In this document: positions 18,997 through 28,198 of the stretch, in pieces
Numbering within the stretch: position 1 is the first letter of the stretch
How the letters are laid out: each line of letters starts with the position of its first letter
Source: a virus
Virus record (IMG/VR): IMGVR_UViG_3300024978_000010
Location: 2,221 to 66,220 of that record
DNA: 64,000 bases
Strand: one strand, 5' to 3'
Notes under the pieces: generated by a model
The model's input: only the letters and a program-made list of their open reading frames with translations
The model's database searches: none
What the model was told of the DNA's origin: nothing
Made by a program: the position numbers and the translations under genes

Positions 18997-19342
18997 TGAC
19001 CCAACCAGCGCCGTCACTCATCGTCAACTCGTCCAGTTGGCCGATGCGGTCGGCCGCCCAGAAGGTCGTGCCTGGCGCCACACTGTTCGCGGCGGGCCTA
19101 GTACCTATCAGGCCGCGGAGTTCGTAGGAGTTCGACGTGGTGACGGTGCCGGTGACGGCGGTGATGACATCGCCGAGCAGGCCAGCGAGGTCGATGGGAG
19201 CGCCGGCCTCGTCGTGCAAGATGGCGTGCTGCCTACCGTCGGTGCCGATGGCCGGCGTGTACTCGTCCTTGGCCGGATCGAAGACCTGCGGGATGGGCGC
19301 ACCACCGCGATCGCGCTTGATGTTCTTGGTGTCAGCTGGCAT
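18989..19342 (-). CDS. Hypothetical virion-associated protein ([11 protein letters not shown]...)
   Basis: [13 protein letters not shown]...Y motif; ATG 2 nt after the lysin stop. Confidence 0.7.
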   Translation of the reverse strand: MPADTKNIKRDRGGAPIPQVFDPAKDEYTPAIGTDGRQHAILHDEAGAPIDLAGLLGDVITAVTGTVTTSNSYELRGLIGTRPAANSVAPGTTFWAADRIGQLDELTMSDGAGWVNV

Positions 19343-19344
19343 CG

Positions 19345-19830
19345 CTAACCCCGCACCCGCGCCACGAGCGTCCACGGGTGGCTGGCGTAAGGGGTGACGC
19401 TGATATGCGGCGCGCGCGCCCTGACGCTGTTCGGGCGGAACGAGGCGTGGATGTTCTCGATCACGAGGTCGCGGGTCCAGAGGATGCCGACGTGCCCGAC
19501 CGGCTTGGCGGCGTTGTGGTTGAACACGAGGTCGCCGGGTTGACGTAGCAGACTGGGTACGGCCCAACCGAGCTTCTTGACGCTGGCCTCGAAGTCAGCG
19601 GCCCACGGGTCCAGCTTCGCCTGCGCCAGGTTGCTAACCGGGTCGGGGCCGCGCCGCGTGGTGGCGGCCACCAGCCACTTCTCGTACATGCTGTGGCTCG
19701 GCAACCCCAGGGCGCGTTCTACGACCAGGCGCACGAACTGAAGGCACATACCGCTCTCTGCCGGCACTGAAGCCTGGCCGCTGGCGGCATCCACCAGCGC
19801 CCTCACGATGCGTTCGTTCACGGCCGTCAC
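19345..19830 (-). CDS. NlpC/P60-CHAP-type cysteine peptidase, probable endolysin
   Basis: GMCLQFV (catalytic Cys), QPGDLVF, GHVGI (His), VIEN. Confidence 0.75.
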   Translation of the reverse strand: MTAVNERIVRALVDAASGQASVPAESGMCLQFVRLVVERALGLPSHSMYEKWLVAATTRRGPDPVSNLAQAKLDPWAADFEASVKKLGWAVPSLLRQPGDLVFNHNAAKPVGHVGILWTRDLVIENIHASFRPNSVRARAPHISVTPYASHPWTLVARVRG

Positions 19831-20516
19831 ACCACCACCGCCTTCAGGGCTACAAGGACATCGGCGAGCGCCGCGTCCGGGCTAGTTGGCGAGACCAGGC
19901 TGAGAACGTCGCCAGCCGACAGCGGCACGTCATCAGGTATCGCCCACGTCGCCGCGCCATCGGTTGCGATGGACAACCCGCCGACGCTGACGCCGTTACA
20001 CCGCAAGTCGAACGCCGTTGGAGTCGACGCTGGCGGGGTGCCGACATGCGTCACGCCGGGGTCCGCCGCGTGAATCACGGACGGCCAGGCTGCTAGCGCC
20101 TTATCGCTATCGCCACCGACCACGGTCCCAAGGAAGCGCAGTTGCATGGCGTAGACGCTCGGGCCGGGCGGCCCCATCGGGTACCAGTGGCTGACGGCAC
20201 CGGGGCTGGCGATCGGGCTGCCAGCCGCCGAACCAACGCGGATCTCGATGGACGCGACCTTCGCCTCCCCCGCCGAAGTGACGATGCTAGCCAGCCCTCG
20301 GTAAGTGTCGCCCGCCGCGCCGCCAGATACCCAGAACGCCTGCACGGTGTCGGTGTTCGCGGCGGCGCCATCGTTGACTATCACGCCACCGGGGTTGCTG
20401 AGGTCGGTGATGCTGGACGAGGCAATGTCCTGGTTACCGAGCCACGGCAGCCAGTTGAGGCGGTAGATTACCTCTTCACCTTCGCGGTGATCGATCACCA
20501 CGACATCCGGTGTCAC
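19827..20516 (-). CDS. Tail fibre adaptor-like protein
   Basis: Y.LNW..WL....IASS...WVSGG.AG.TY.....TSAG motif of small phage tail adaptors. Confidence 0.65.
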   Translation of the reverse strand: MTPDVVVIDHREGEEVIYRLNWLPWLGNQDIASSSITDLSNPGGVIVNDGAAANTDTVQAFWVSGGAAGDTYRGLASIVTSAGEAKVASIEIRVGSAAGSPIASPGAVSHWYPMGPPGPSVYAMQLRFLGTVVGGDSDKALAAWPSVIHAADPGVTHVGTPPASTPTAFDLRCNGVSVGGLSIATDGAATWAIPDDVPLSAGDVLSLVSPTSPDAALADVLVALKAVVV

Positions 20517-20707
20517 CGCACGCCCCTAGCCATCAGGCGCACCACCCGAGGGATGCCGAGCACCACGTCATAGGTGAACGGCCGCATCGCCAAAGCGAGG
20601 CGTCTCACCCTGACTGCGACGGCAGGGAACAGTCCGTAGGCGTGGATCTGCGAGCCGACCATGACGCCAGTGTTCCAGCGCCAACTAGTGCGGTGCAGGA
20701 AACTCAA
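20513..20707 (-). CDS. Small hypothetical protein
   Basis: 4-nt overlaps with both neighbours. Confidence 0.5.
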   Translation of the reverse strand: MSFLHRTSWRWNTGVMVGSQIHAYGLFPAVAVRVRRLALAMRPFTYDVVLGIPRVVRLMARGVR

Positions 20708-21120
20708 GCCTCTTCTAGGGGGTCGTCCTCGAACACCCGTAAGCGCTTGATGTTGGCGATCAGGGCGTCCACCTTGGCGGCGGCGGCGAGGGCGTCCTGC
20801 GAGTCCAGCGCGATGGAGATGCCGATAGCCTCACGCAGCATCATCATGCGGAACTCGTTGAAGCTGCTTGAGGTCTTGGTGACCGCAGTCAACAACCGAC
20901 TGTTCTCGTTCTTCAGCGCGTCCACCTGCGCTTCGACGCGAGTGACGTAGTTGCGCGCCGCCTCCACCTCCTTGCGCATGTCGTCACGCAAGCGGCCCTC
21001 CCAGTCGCGGTCGCTCTTCAACCGCGCCGAGCGGTTGGTGAACCACGGCGTGGCGAAGCCGGTGACGAACACGAGGATGACGACGACCCACCACGGCGCT
21101 TCTGGAATACTCGGGATCAT
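20704..21120 (-). CDS. Membrane-anchored coiled-coil protein (lysis accessory candidate)
   Basis: N-terminal TM segment WWVVVILVFVTGF followed by heptad repeats. Confidence 0.65.
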   Translation of the reverse strand: MIPSIPEAPWWVVVILVFVTGFATPWFTNRSARLKSDRDWEGRLRDDMRKEVEAARNYVTRVEAQVDALKNENSRLLTAVTKTSSSFNEFRMMMLREAIGISIALDSQDALAAAAKVDALIANIKRLRVFEDDPLEEA

Positions 21121-21536
21121 GCCCCATCTCCCTCTACGCTGAGGAACGCGACGGTCGGTTCTCCTGCCGCCGTCAGATCCTCTACTTCCGCCCGCAGGCG
21201 CTGGTTCTCGCCTCGTAGGGCGATGACCTCTTGGATGAACTGTTCCGCCATGCGACTGATGACAGAGAGGCCGGTCTTGGCCTCCTTGCCCCCGTCAGCG
21301 CAAAGGCGGTTGAGCACGTGCCTGCGGTAGGTGTCGATCTCTAGCAGCGCCCACTCGGCGCTGAACACCGGCAAGGTGATCGGGGTAAGGTGGACCAGGG
21401 CGCAGGCCTTCTCCGGCATCGCGGTGTACGTCCGGTCGATGTAGCCAGGGAACGTGACCGTGAAAGGCGCAGACTCGAACTGCATCTGCGCTAGCTCCTG
21501 GCCCGTGGCGCCGTCCACCACCTCGACGTTTATCAT
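21117..21536 (-). CDS. Hypothetical protein (MINVEVVDG...)
   Basis: ATGA overlaps at both ends. Confidence 0.65.
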   Translation of the reverse strand: MINVEVVDGATGQELAQMQFESAPFTVTFPGYIDRTYTAMPEKACALVHLTPITLPVFSAEWALLEIDTYRRHVLNRLCADGGKEAKTGLSVISRMAEQFIQEVIALRGENQRLRAEVEDLTAAGEPTVAFLSVEGDGA

Positions 21537-22285
21537 GGGGCCACCGGCGATATCGACCAGGCGGCGGGGGAGCTGCCGCCTACTACTTGGTTGTTGCACT
21601 TGTAGGTCGTGATGCGGTACGACCCGCCGTAATCATGCGGGTCCACACCATCGCAGACCGTGTACGAGTTCTGCCCGCAAGCGCCGTCGCTGCCCTGTTG
21701 CGTGAAGCAATCGTAAGGCGAAGGGAAGCAACTGTTGCCGTAAGAAATCTTCTGGATCTGTTCGTTGCACGAATACTGCGCCGACTGCGACGGGGTGTAG
21801 GTGCCGTTCACCGTGATGAGGTAACCGCTGAAGGCGCTGGTGGCGAAGGCGTACATGTCGCCGCCGCTCCCGATCAGGCGGAAGTAGGCCGTGTCGGCGT
21901 TCTGGTTGACCCAACCCTGCCCACCGGCTGGGATGCTGAGCGCCACCACCGTGCGCGCCGAGGACGTGTACAGGTTCAGGGTCGTGCCGGCCACGTTGTT
22001 CTTCACCGTCACGCCGTTGACGCGGTGGCCCCGCCCGCCGTAAGTGAACATGAGGTTGCTGCCCGTCGCCCACAACGCGCCGCTAGGCTGGGCGCTGCTC
22101 TGTACGTCCATGCCGCCAGCTGCACGCAAGTTGCCGCTGGCGTCCACCCAGCGCAGCGTCTTGGTCGCGGCGTGAAGGTAGAGCTCCTTGGGGGTGTGAC
22201 CGCTGGCGATGAGTTTCCCCCTCACGATGCCAGAGCCGACGACGAGGCTCCCATCGGAGGCGCGAATGTGGATCGCCACCGACAT
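21533..22285 (-). CDS. Distal tail fibre protein with Cys-rich C-terminus
   Basis: TAATG coupling; G/S/T-rich; six Cys in the last ~75 aa. Confidence 0.6.
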   Translation of the reverse strand: MSVAIHIRASDGSLVVGSGIVRGKLIASGHTPKELYLHAATKTLRWVDASGNLRAAGGMDVQSSAQPSGALWATGSNLMFTYGGRGHRVNGVTVKNNVAGTTLNLYTSSARTVVALSIPAGGQGWVNQNADTAYFRLIGSGGDMYAFATSAFSGYLITVNGTYTPSQSAQYSCNEQIQKISYGNSCFPSPYDCFTQQGSDGACGQNSYTVCDGVDPHDYGGSYRITTYKCNNQVVGGSSPAAWSISPVAP

Positions 22286-23412
22286 TACTTGACCGGGATC
22301 TTCAGGGTCGCGGAGTTGCTGAAGTCCATCGTCGTGTTCGCCGCCATCGTCAGGGTGCCAGAGGCGAAGGACGTACTTGCGTTGCTGCGCAAGAACGCGG
22401 TGGAGTTCAGCCCATCGAGCAAGTCGGAGTCGGCCGCCTTGGCCGAGACGCCCAACTTGTTACTCAACAGAGTATCCGCCTGCCCCTTGGTGTAGTACAG
22501 GGTGTCGTGATTGTGGCTGGACGGGGCGGCAGAGATGTTGGTGCGTGCCTGAGCCTGCTGTGGGGCTGAAAGCGGCTGCGCGACGTCATACCGCACGTAG
22601 CGATCGTCGTGGTTATGCCCAGTGACCGTGGTGCCGAGGCTCTGTAGGGTGACCTTATCCGCCGCCGACATGAAGCCGGATTCGCTGGTCGTCGCGTTCG
22701 GGTGGGCGCCGGCACCGCCGCGTCCGATGTGATCGAACATGGCGCTGAGGCTGATGGTTCGATATATGGGGGTAGCCGACTGGATGCCGGTCGCCTGCGA
22801 GTACGCGACGCGCAGCAAGGGGGCGGTGTTAGCTGGCCAGCTGGTGCCGGACACGAAGCCGAGGGTGATGCGATCTCGCATCTCCGACACGGTGATGGGC
22901 GCAAGGCTGGCGTCGTACTCCTCGCGGGGGATGGGTTCGCCGTCGCTACGCACGTAACCGAAGAACGCCCTGTGCTCCGTGAAGACGCCACCACCGCTGG
23001 CGTACTTGCCGGGCGGGTTGCGCGTCTCCGGGTTCTCGTCTGCCGCCTGATGCGCCGCGTAGAGCGTGTAAGTGCCGCTGGGCTGGCCGGTGAGTGACAC
23101 GTTGGTGGTCTGCAACAGATCCGCGACCTGACATGCGGCCGGGATAGTCACGTCGGCGAAGCCCCCTGTGGGGCTGGGGGTCGGGTCCTGATCGACGACC
23201 CACTGCTCCGCGCTGGTCGGCACGACCGCCGCCAGCGGCGCGTAGACCGTGACGACGTGCGTTGAGGTTGCCGCTAGGTACTGAAGCGTTCCGATGACCC
23301 CAGGGGGGAAGGTGCCCCAGAGGGTCGCGCTATCAAGGCGGCGCAACACCTCAAGCAGCCGGCGCTCCTTGCTGCGGATGCGTTCGTTGTTAGCGTACCG
23401 CCTCGTTCTCAT
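22285..23412 (-). CDS. Tail fibre protein
   Basis: SGFMSAADK, HNHDDRY, HNHDTLYYTK, AADSDLLDGLNSTAF fibre motifs. Confidence 0.85.
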   Translation of the reverse strand: MRTRRYANNERIRSKERRLLEVLRRLDSATLWGTFPPGVIGTLQYLAATSTHVVTVYAPLAAVVPTSAEQWVVDQDPTPSPTGGFADVTIPAACQVADLLQTTNVSLTGQPSGTYTLYAAHQAADENPETRNPPGKYASGGGVFTEHRAFFGYVRSDGEPIPREEYDASLAPITVSEMRDRITLGFVSGTSWPANTAPLLRVAYSQATGIQSATPIYRTISLSAMFDHIGRGGAGAHPNATTSESGFMSAADKVTLQSLGTTVTGHNHDDRYVRYDVAQPLSAPQQAQARTNISAAPSSHNHDTLYYTKGQADTLLSNKLGVSAKAADSDLLDGLNSTAFLRSNASTSFASGTLTMAANTTMDFSNSATLKIPVK

Positions 23413-23460
23413 GCGTCGGTTTTAGCAACGTTCAGTACCTGCGTGCGAGAAAGTCCCAGC

Positions 23461-26400
23461 CTAGCCGCCAAGCAGGTAGTGCCACAACAGGCCGTAGGCC
23501 ATGTTCAGCTGAGTAACGTCGTCGGGATCGGGGTGAACGGCGTTATGGAGCGCCAGCGCCTGTGTCGCGATGCGGCCGGTCGGATCCCACGGGGCGAGGG
23601 TGTGGAACTGGAAGTAGGCGTACTGGCCTTGCGACTTGCGGCTAGCGCCGCCTTGGGGGATGCCGCCGCGTGCCACGTCGCCGCCGATGGTGCTGGCGAT
23701 ATCGACGATGCCGTTGTCGAACACGAAGTTACGGAAGGCCGACGCGACCGCCGTCAGGCGACCGGACGTGACTTCGGCGTGGTTGCTCATGTAGAAGTCA
23801 ACGAGATCCTGCGCGAAGTAAGTGGCGTAGTAGGACTCGTGCAGGTAGTTCTCGGCGTTGCCGGTGGCGCTGCCGTCGGCGTTGTACAAGACGCCCATGC
23901 GCCAGACGTAGGCGCTGCCGCCGTTCACCGACACCTCGACGAGGTTCACGCCCGAGCCGGTGCGGAAGTTGGCCGCCAGGTGATCATCCGCCACGGCCTT
24001 GTAGGTCGCGTTGCCGGTCAGGCGCCACAGGTAATGGTGCATGAGGGCGTTGCGGTTCCACGGGTGGGTGAGCCAGAAGTTGATGAAGCTCGTCTTGGGA
24101 GCGGTGCCGGGGCCGTTGATGGTCGTCCACTTGGGGATGAACTGCGTGAGGAGGTAGTTCTTCCAGAAGTCGGCGCGTTCACCGTAATCAACGCCACCGG
24201 GGCTGACGAGGCCCCTGTTCTGGTCGAAGGTGTACGCGATGAGCGCCACGATGCCGTGCGTCATAACGGCGTCTTGTTCGTGGTTCTCCTTGCGGTAGTA
24301 AGTCGCGTTGCCGGAATCATGCTGCCATACCCAGCCGAGGCGCCCGTCACCGTCGTAATCGCTGAGCTTCGCGCGCGCGAGTTGCCACATGCGGTCAACC
24401 CAGTCCAGGAAGCGCAAGTCGCCGGTCGTGCGCAGCACGAGGATGGCGTTATGGGTAGCGTCGCCGACAGCCCTGCCGAGGTCGTAGAGGTCAGGCCCCC
24501 ACGTGGCGTCGCCTTCCGCCAACTCAAGCACATCCGCGTAGAGGTAGGGGGCGTTGGTGCCGATACCCGTCAGCAAGCGAGCGTGCCACGTCTGCGCGTC
24601 TGCGCTGAGGGCGCTCGCCGAGAAGCTGGGGTTGCCGCGATGGTACCAGCGTTCGGAGAGGGGCGTGGCGTGAGCAACGTTGCTGTAAGGCCCCGAGCCT
24701 GCCGATGCCGTCCAACGAACGCGGTAGTAGTACACGTTGCCGTTGGTCAGGCCGTCATCGACGTACTGCCCCGTCGTGCTGGCGGCGGTTCCCACTTGCG
24801 CGAAGCCGCTGCTGGGGCTAGTGCTGCGCTCCACGCTGGCGACGTAAGAGCCGTCCGGCGTCGAGGTCCAAGCGATGGTCGCGTTAGCGTTGCCGTTGCG
24901 GGTGACGATGGTCGGCGCGACCGTTGGGGCGCTGCCGCCGCCACCCGTGTCGCCCGGCAAGCCCGTGCCACCAGGGCCGGAACCGCGCCCAGGGATCCAG
25001 ATCAGTTGGTGACGCCACCACTTCTTGAGCAACGCCAACGCCACGGCGCTAGCGCCAGCGTTCGTGCCGCCGACCCCAAGCCCGATAGCCGGGCTGGTAG
25101 GCGCTAGGGAGTAGTCGCCGTTGGGGGCATCCGCGAACTTCGCGACGGACGCCGACACGTTGAGGAGGTTATTCGACAGCGGGCCGTTGACGTTCACCTC
25201 GCCGTTGCGGCTGCTGTTGCCGACGATGACGTTGTTCCGCGTCTCGCTCGGCGCACCGCCCGTGTCGCTGATGATGCCGATGGCGCCGCTGGCTATCGTG
25301 TTGTAAAGGTAGGCGTTGCCGGGGTTTGTCGTGGAGTTGTGGTTCAGGCCCTGCGCCTTGTGGAACAGCCCGATACATCCGCGCGCGTTGTTGGGTCCGA
25401 CGCCGGAGTTCTGGCCGCCCATCTTGAAGGCATTGCCGTCGCCTGGCCCGACGCCATCAGGCGAGTAGGCGGGGGCGATCGCCACGCAGTCGATGAACTC
25501 GCCTTGCGTGGCGCGGAACAGGTCGAAGCAATCGTCGCCGGAGTTGGCTGCCAGGCAGCGCACGATGCGCGGCGCAGACGCCACGCTGCTAGTGTTGGCG
25601 GTTACCACGAAGCCGTCGGGCCGGTTCGTGCCGCCACCCGCGCCGTAGCTGCCGATGCTGACGCCATCTTGTATCAAGGCGTTATTGGCTCCGTAGACGC
25701 ACACGCTGCTGGTGTAGCCGGAGTGGACCACGAAGTCTTCGATCTTCGCGCTGGCGGCCTTCACCAGGATGGCATACGAGGCCGTCACGTCATCGGAGCG
25801 CGCCGGCACGCCGGTCAACTCGAAGCCTTTGATGTGAACGCCGGTGGCCGTCACCAGGATGCCACGCGACACCTCGTCGCTGAGGGAGCCGCCGTTGCCG
25901 CGATCGAGGCGGAAGCGTTCGCTGCCGTAGCCGAAGAGCTTGATGTTCGCTTTGTTGACGTTCAGTGCCTGGGCGATGGGATAAGTGCCAGCCCGCACGA
26001 GGATGGTCTGCCCGGCCGAAGCCGACGAGAGCGCCTTGGCGATGGTCTTGAACGGCGTGGAGGTGCTAGTGCCGTTGTTGCTATCGCTGCCGTTCGTGGC
26101 GACATAGTAATCGCCGACCGTAGTGTTCGGCGTGACGGGGTAATCGGCGTAGCTAGAGCTCCCGCTGCCAACGCCGATTAGGCCGGATGGAAGCGGCGGT
26201 TCGCCACCGCCGACGACCGTCAAGGTCGCGTTCAGCCCGTTCCTGCCAGTGGAGGCGCTCCACATGCCGGTGTTCGCGAGCCGGATGGAGTACCGAGGGT
26301 CGCCGCTGAGGTTGGCAGACGGGTCCGGGAGCGCCAGGTACATGGCGTAAGCGCCCGGCGCGATATCGGCAGGCAGCGTAACGGTGTAGTCCAGCACCGC

Positions 26401-27585
26401 AGATTCGCCGCCGAGCGGCAGGTCGCGTCGGGCATCGCTAGTCAGGCGCAGAGTCCTGGCAGTGCCGCTACCGGCGACGAGCACCAAGTCGATCGGCCTT
26501 GGGTTGTAGACCTTACCGAAGCCGTAGTTCTGGACGCTCATCTGGATGCTGATGGACGCGTTCGGCGCAGCCGTCAGCGGCAGGGTCGCCCAGTGCAGCG
26601 CCAGCCGGTGACCGTAACGGCGGCTGATCTCCGCTAGGTGGCCGCTGTCGGCCCACTTCTGATACATGGACTTCCAGAACTCGGAGTTCATGTAGTCCCA
26701 GCCCATGAGCTCCAACTGCTGGATGATGTAAGGGCCGTCGTTCCAGGCGCTGAGGCCGTCCAGGTCGCACGTCTCCCCGCCGCCGACGCCGGTGCGCCCG
26801 ATGTCGTTGGCGTACTGGCGCTGTTGCACTTGCGTGGCGACCGCTTCGTTCCAGTAGGTGGCCATCCATTCACCCGCGCCGTAACAGTCGTTGTAGTGCC
26901 CTAGGCGCGACATGACAGAGCCGGTGAAACGGTCGCCATAGGCGGGGGCATCCGCCCCATAGCGATCGATCATCCACCACGGCGTGCGAAACTGCACTGA
27001 CATGGTGTTGGGCGTGTTCGCCATGATGGCGTCGATGAACTGGCGCCGCTGCGTGGTGTTCAGGTGGATGCCGTTGCTGCTGCTGTGCTGTTCACCCCAA
27101 GCGCCGACGAATCCGCCTTGCAGGACGGCGATGGAGTCCTTGTAAGCCTCAAGCAAGGGGGCGAGTTGCTGGATGTGCCCGACCATAGTGGCTATGTCAG
27201 CGTCGGCGCCGCTTGAGTCGCGGTTGTAGGCGAAGCGCAGCACCGCCTTACGGCCACTGTTGCGCCAGGTCGCCATGTCGGCGGCGAGGTTGTTGAGGAA
27301 CGACGACGGCAGGGTCGTGGTGGTGCGGTAGGCGTCGAGGCGCACGTAGCACATCTGCAACGTGGGGCCGGGCGCGACCCCGTTGACCGGCGCGCTGTTA
27401 CCCTTCGTGCCATCGAAGCTGTACTTGCTTGAGTCCTCGACGTACCAGCCGCGCTCCGGGTTGGCGAAGTCGGTGGCGGCGTCAACGACGTAGTTGACGA
27501 CCTGCGTGTCGCCTTGCGGCGGCGGCGCAATCGGCGAGCCGTCTGCGGCTACCAACCCCTTGCGTGCGTACAGCAACAGCGACAT
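23461..27585 (-). CDS. 1374-aa multidomain carbohydrate-active virion protein (DUF4874/DUF4832-like, PL9-like beta-helix, FN3, alpha/alpha domain)
   Basis: FANPERGWY, GFVGAWGEQH, RLGHYNDC, GGETC, YSIRLAN; YYVATNGSDSNNGT..PFKTI, DDCFDL, GDGNAFKMGG; GLTNGNVYYYRV. Confidence 0.8.
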   Translation of the reverse strand: MSLLLYARKGLVAADGSPIAPPPQGDTQVVNYVVDAATDFANPERGWYVEDSSKYSFDGTKGNSAPVNGVAPGPTLQMCYVRLDAYRTTTTLPSSFLNNLAADMATWRNSGRKAVLRFAYNRDSSGADADIATMVGHIQQLAPLLEAYKDSIAVLQGGFVGAWGEQHSSSNGIHLNTTQRRQFIDAIMANTPNTMSVQFRTPWWMIDRYGADAPAYGDRFTGSVMSRLGHYNDCYGAGEWMATYWNEAVATQVQQRQYANDIGRTGVGGGETCDLDGLSAWNDGPYIIQQLELMGWDYMNSEFWKSMYQKWADSGHLAEISRRYGHRLALHWATLPLTAAPNASISIQMSVQNYGFGKVYNPRPIDLVLVAGSGTARTLRLTSDARRDLPLGGESAVLDYTVTLPADIAPGAYAMYLALPDPSANLSGDPRYSIRLANTGMWSASTGRNGLNATLTVVGGGEPPLPSGLIGVGSGSSSYADYPVTPNTTVGDYYVATNGSDSNNGTSTSTPFKTIAKALSSASAGQTILVRAGTYPIAQALNVNKANIKLFGYGSERFRLDRGNGGSLSDEVSRGILVTATGVHIKGFELTGVPARSDDVTASYAILVKAASAKIEDFVVHSGYTSSVCVYGANNALIQDGVSIGSYGAGGGTNRPDGFVVTANTSSVASAPRIVRCLAANSGDDCFDLFRATQGEFIDCVAIAPAYSPDGVGPGDGNAFKMGGQNSGVGPNNARGCIGLFHKAQGLNHNSTTNPGNAYLYNTIASGAIGIISDTGGAPSETRNNVIVGNSSRNGEVNVNGPLSNNLLNVSASVAKFADAPNGDYSLAPTSPAIGLGVGGTNAGASAVALALLKKWWRHQLIWIPGRGSGPGGTGLPGDTGGGGSAPTVAPTIVTRNGNANATIAWTSTPDGSYVASVERSTSPSSGFAQVGTAASTTGQYVDDGLTNGNVYYYRVRWTASAGSGPYSNVAHATPLSERWYHRGNPSFSASALSADAQTWHARLLTGIGTNAPYLYADVLELAEGDATWGPDLYDLGRAVGDATHNAILVLRTTGDLRFLDWVDRMWQLARAKLSDYDGDGRLGWVWQHDSGNATYYRKENHEQDAVMTHGIVALIAYTFDQNRGLVSPGGVDYGERADFWKNYLLTQFIPKWTTINGPGTAPKTSFINFWLTHPWNRNALMHHYLWRLTGNATYKAVADDHLAANFRTGSGVNLVEVSVNGGSAYVWRMGVLYNADGSATGNAENYLHESYYATYFAQDLVDFYMSNHAEVTSGRLTAVASAFRNFVFDNGIVDIASTIGGDVARGGIPQGGASRKSQGQYAYFQFHTLAPWDPTGRIATQALALHNAVHPDPDDVTQLNMAYGLLWHYLLGG

Positions 27586-27592
27586 GCTTCTC

Positions 27593-28198
27593 CTAGTAGT
27601 AAGACACCATCAGGCGTGGGCGCTGAGCGTCGCCGGTGGCGATCTGGTGCGGGATGCCAGCCAGGCCGTTGGCGGTGGCCGCGTTGTTGCGCGTGAAGAT
27701 CCCGACAGCGTTACCAGACGCCCAAGAGGCGCGGTTCACGAGCGCCTGGATAGCGGAGGTTATGTCTGACTCCGCGACCCGCACGCTGTCGCCGCCGTTC
27801 ATACCGGACTTGTACAGCCGCTTATCCGCCGAGAAGCTGCCTACGCGGGTGTTGAAGGCGGCATACGTGGTCGGCGCGAGGGAGTTATCGACTCGCTCTA
27901 CCCAGTAGTCGAGCCAGTCAACGGCGTCGTCCGTGTACGAGGCGGCGGGATAGTTGTCGTACCACCGCACGACCCACGACACCGAAGCGGAGACGATCGT
28001 GGCGTCCTTCGGCACGGTGACGTTGGGAAGGCGGATGTAACAACTCTTCTGCGCCGACTTGGTCATGATGTCGAAGTATTCGGTGTAGATGGCACTACCC
28101 GACGCTAACAGCGTGTCGGTGTTCGCGGCCGTGTAGAACGTCTTGTCGGTGGCAGCCGGTGGGGCCGCCGTGCCTAGGCCAAGCAGGACGGGCGCCAT
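27593..28198 (-). CDS. Beta-sandwich virion protein (DNRLRE/CBM96-like)
   Basis: YIRLPNVTVPKDATIVSA...DITSAIQALVNR..W.SGN...RPRLMVSY. Confidence 0.65.
   Translation of the reverse strand: MAPVLLGLGTAAPPAATDKTFYTAANTDTLLASGSAIYTEYFDIMTKSAQKSCYIRLPNVTVPKDATIVSASVSWVVRWYDNYPAASYTDDAVDWLDYWVERVDNSLAPTTYAAFNTRVGSFSADKRLYKSGMNGGDSVRVAESDITSAIQALVNRASWASGNAVGIFTRNNAATANGLAGIPHQIATGDAQRPRLMVSYY

Noticed and set aside
23443..25107. 554-aa + strand ORF, and similar antisense ORFs at 46984-48447, 44523-45497 and 6475-7611
   Set aside because: Antisense to well-supported genes; expected in high-GC DNA; no motifs or RBS.
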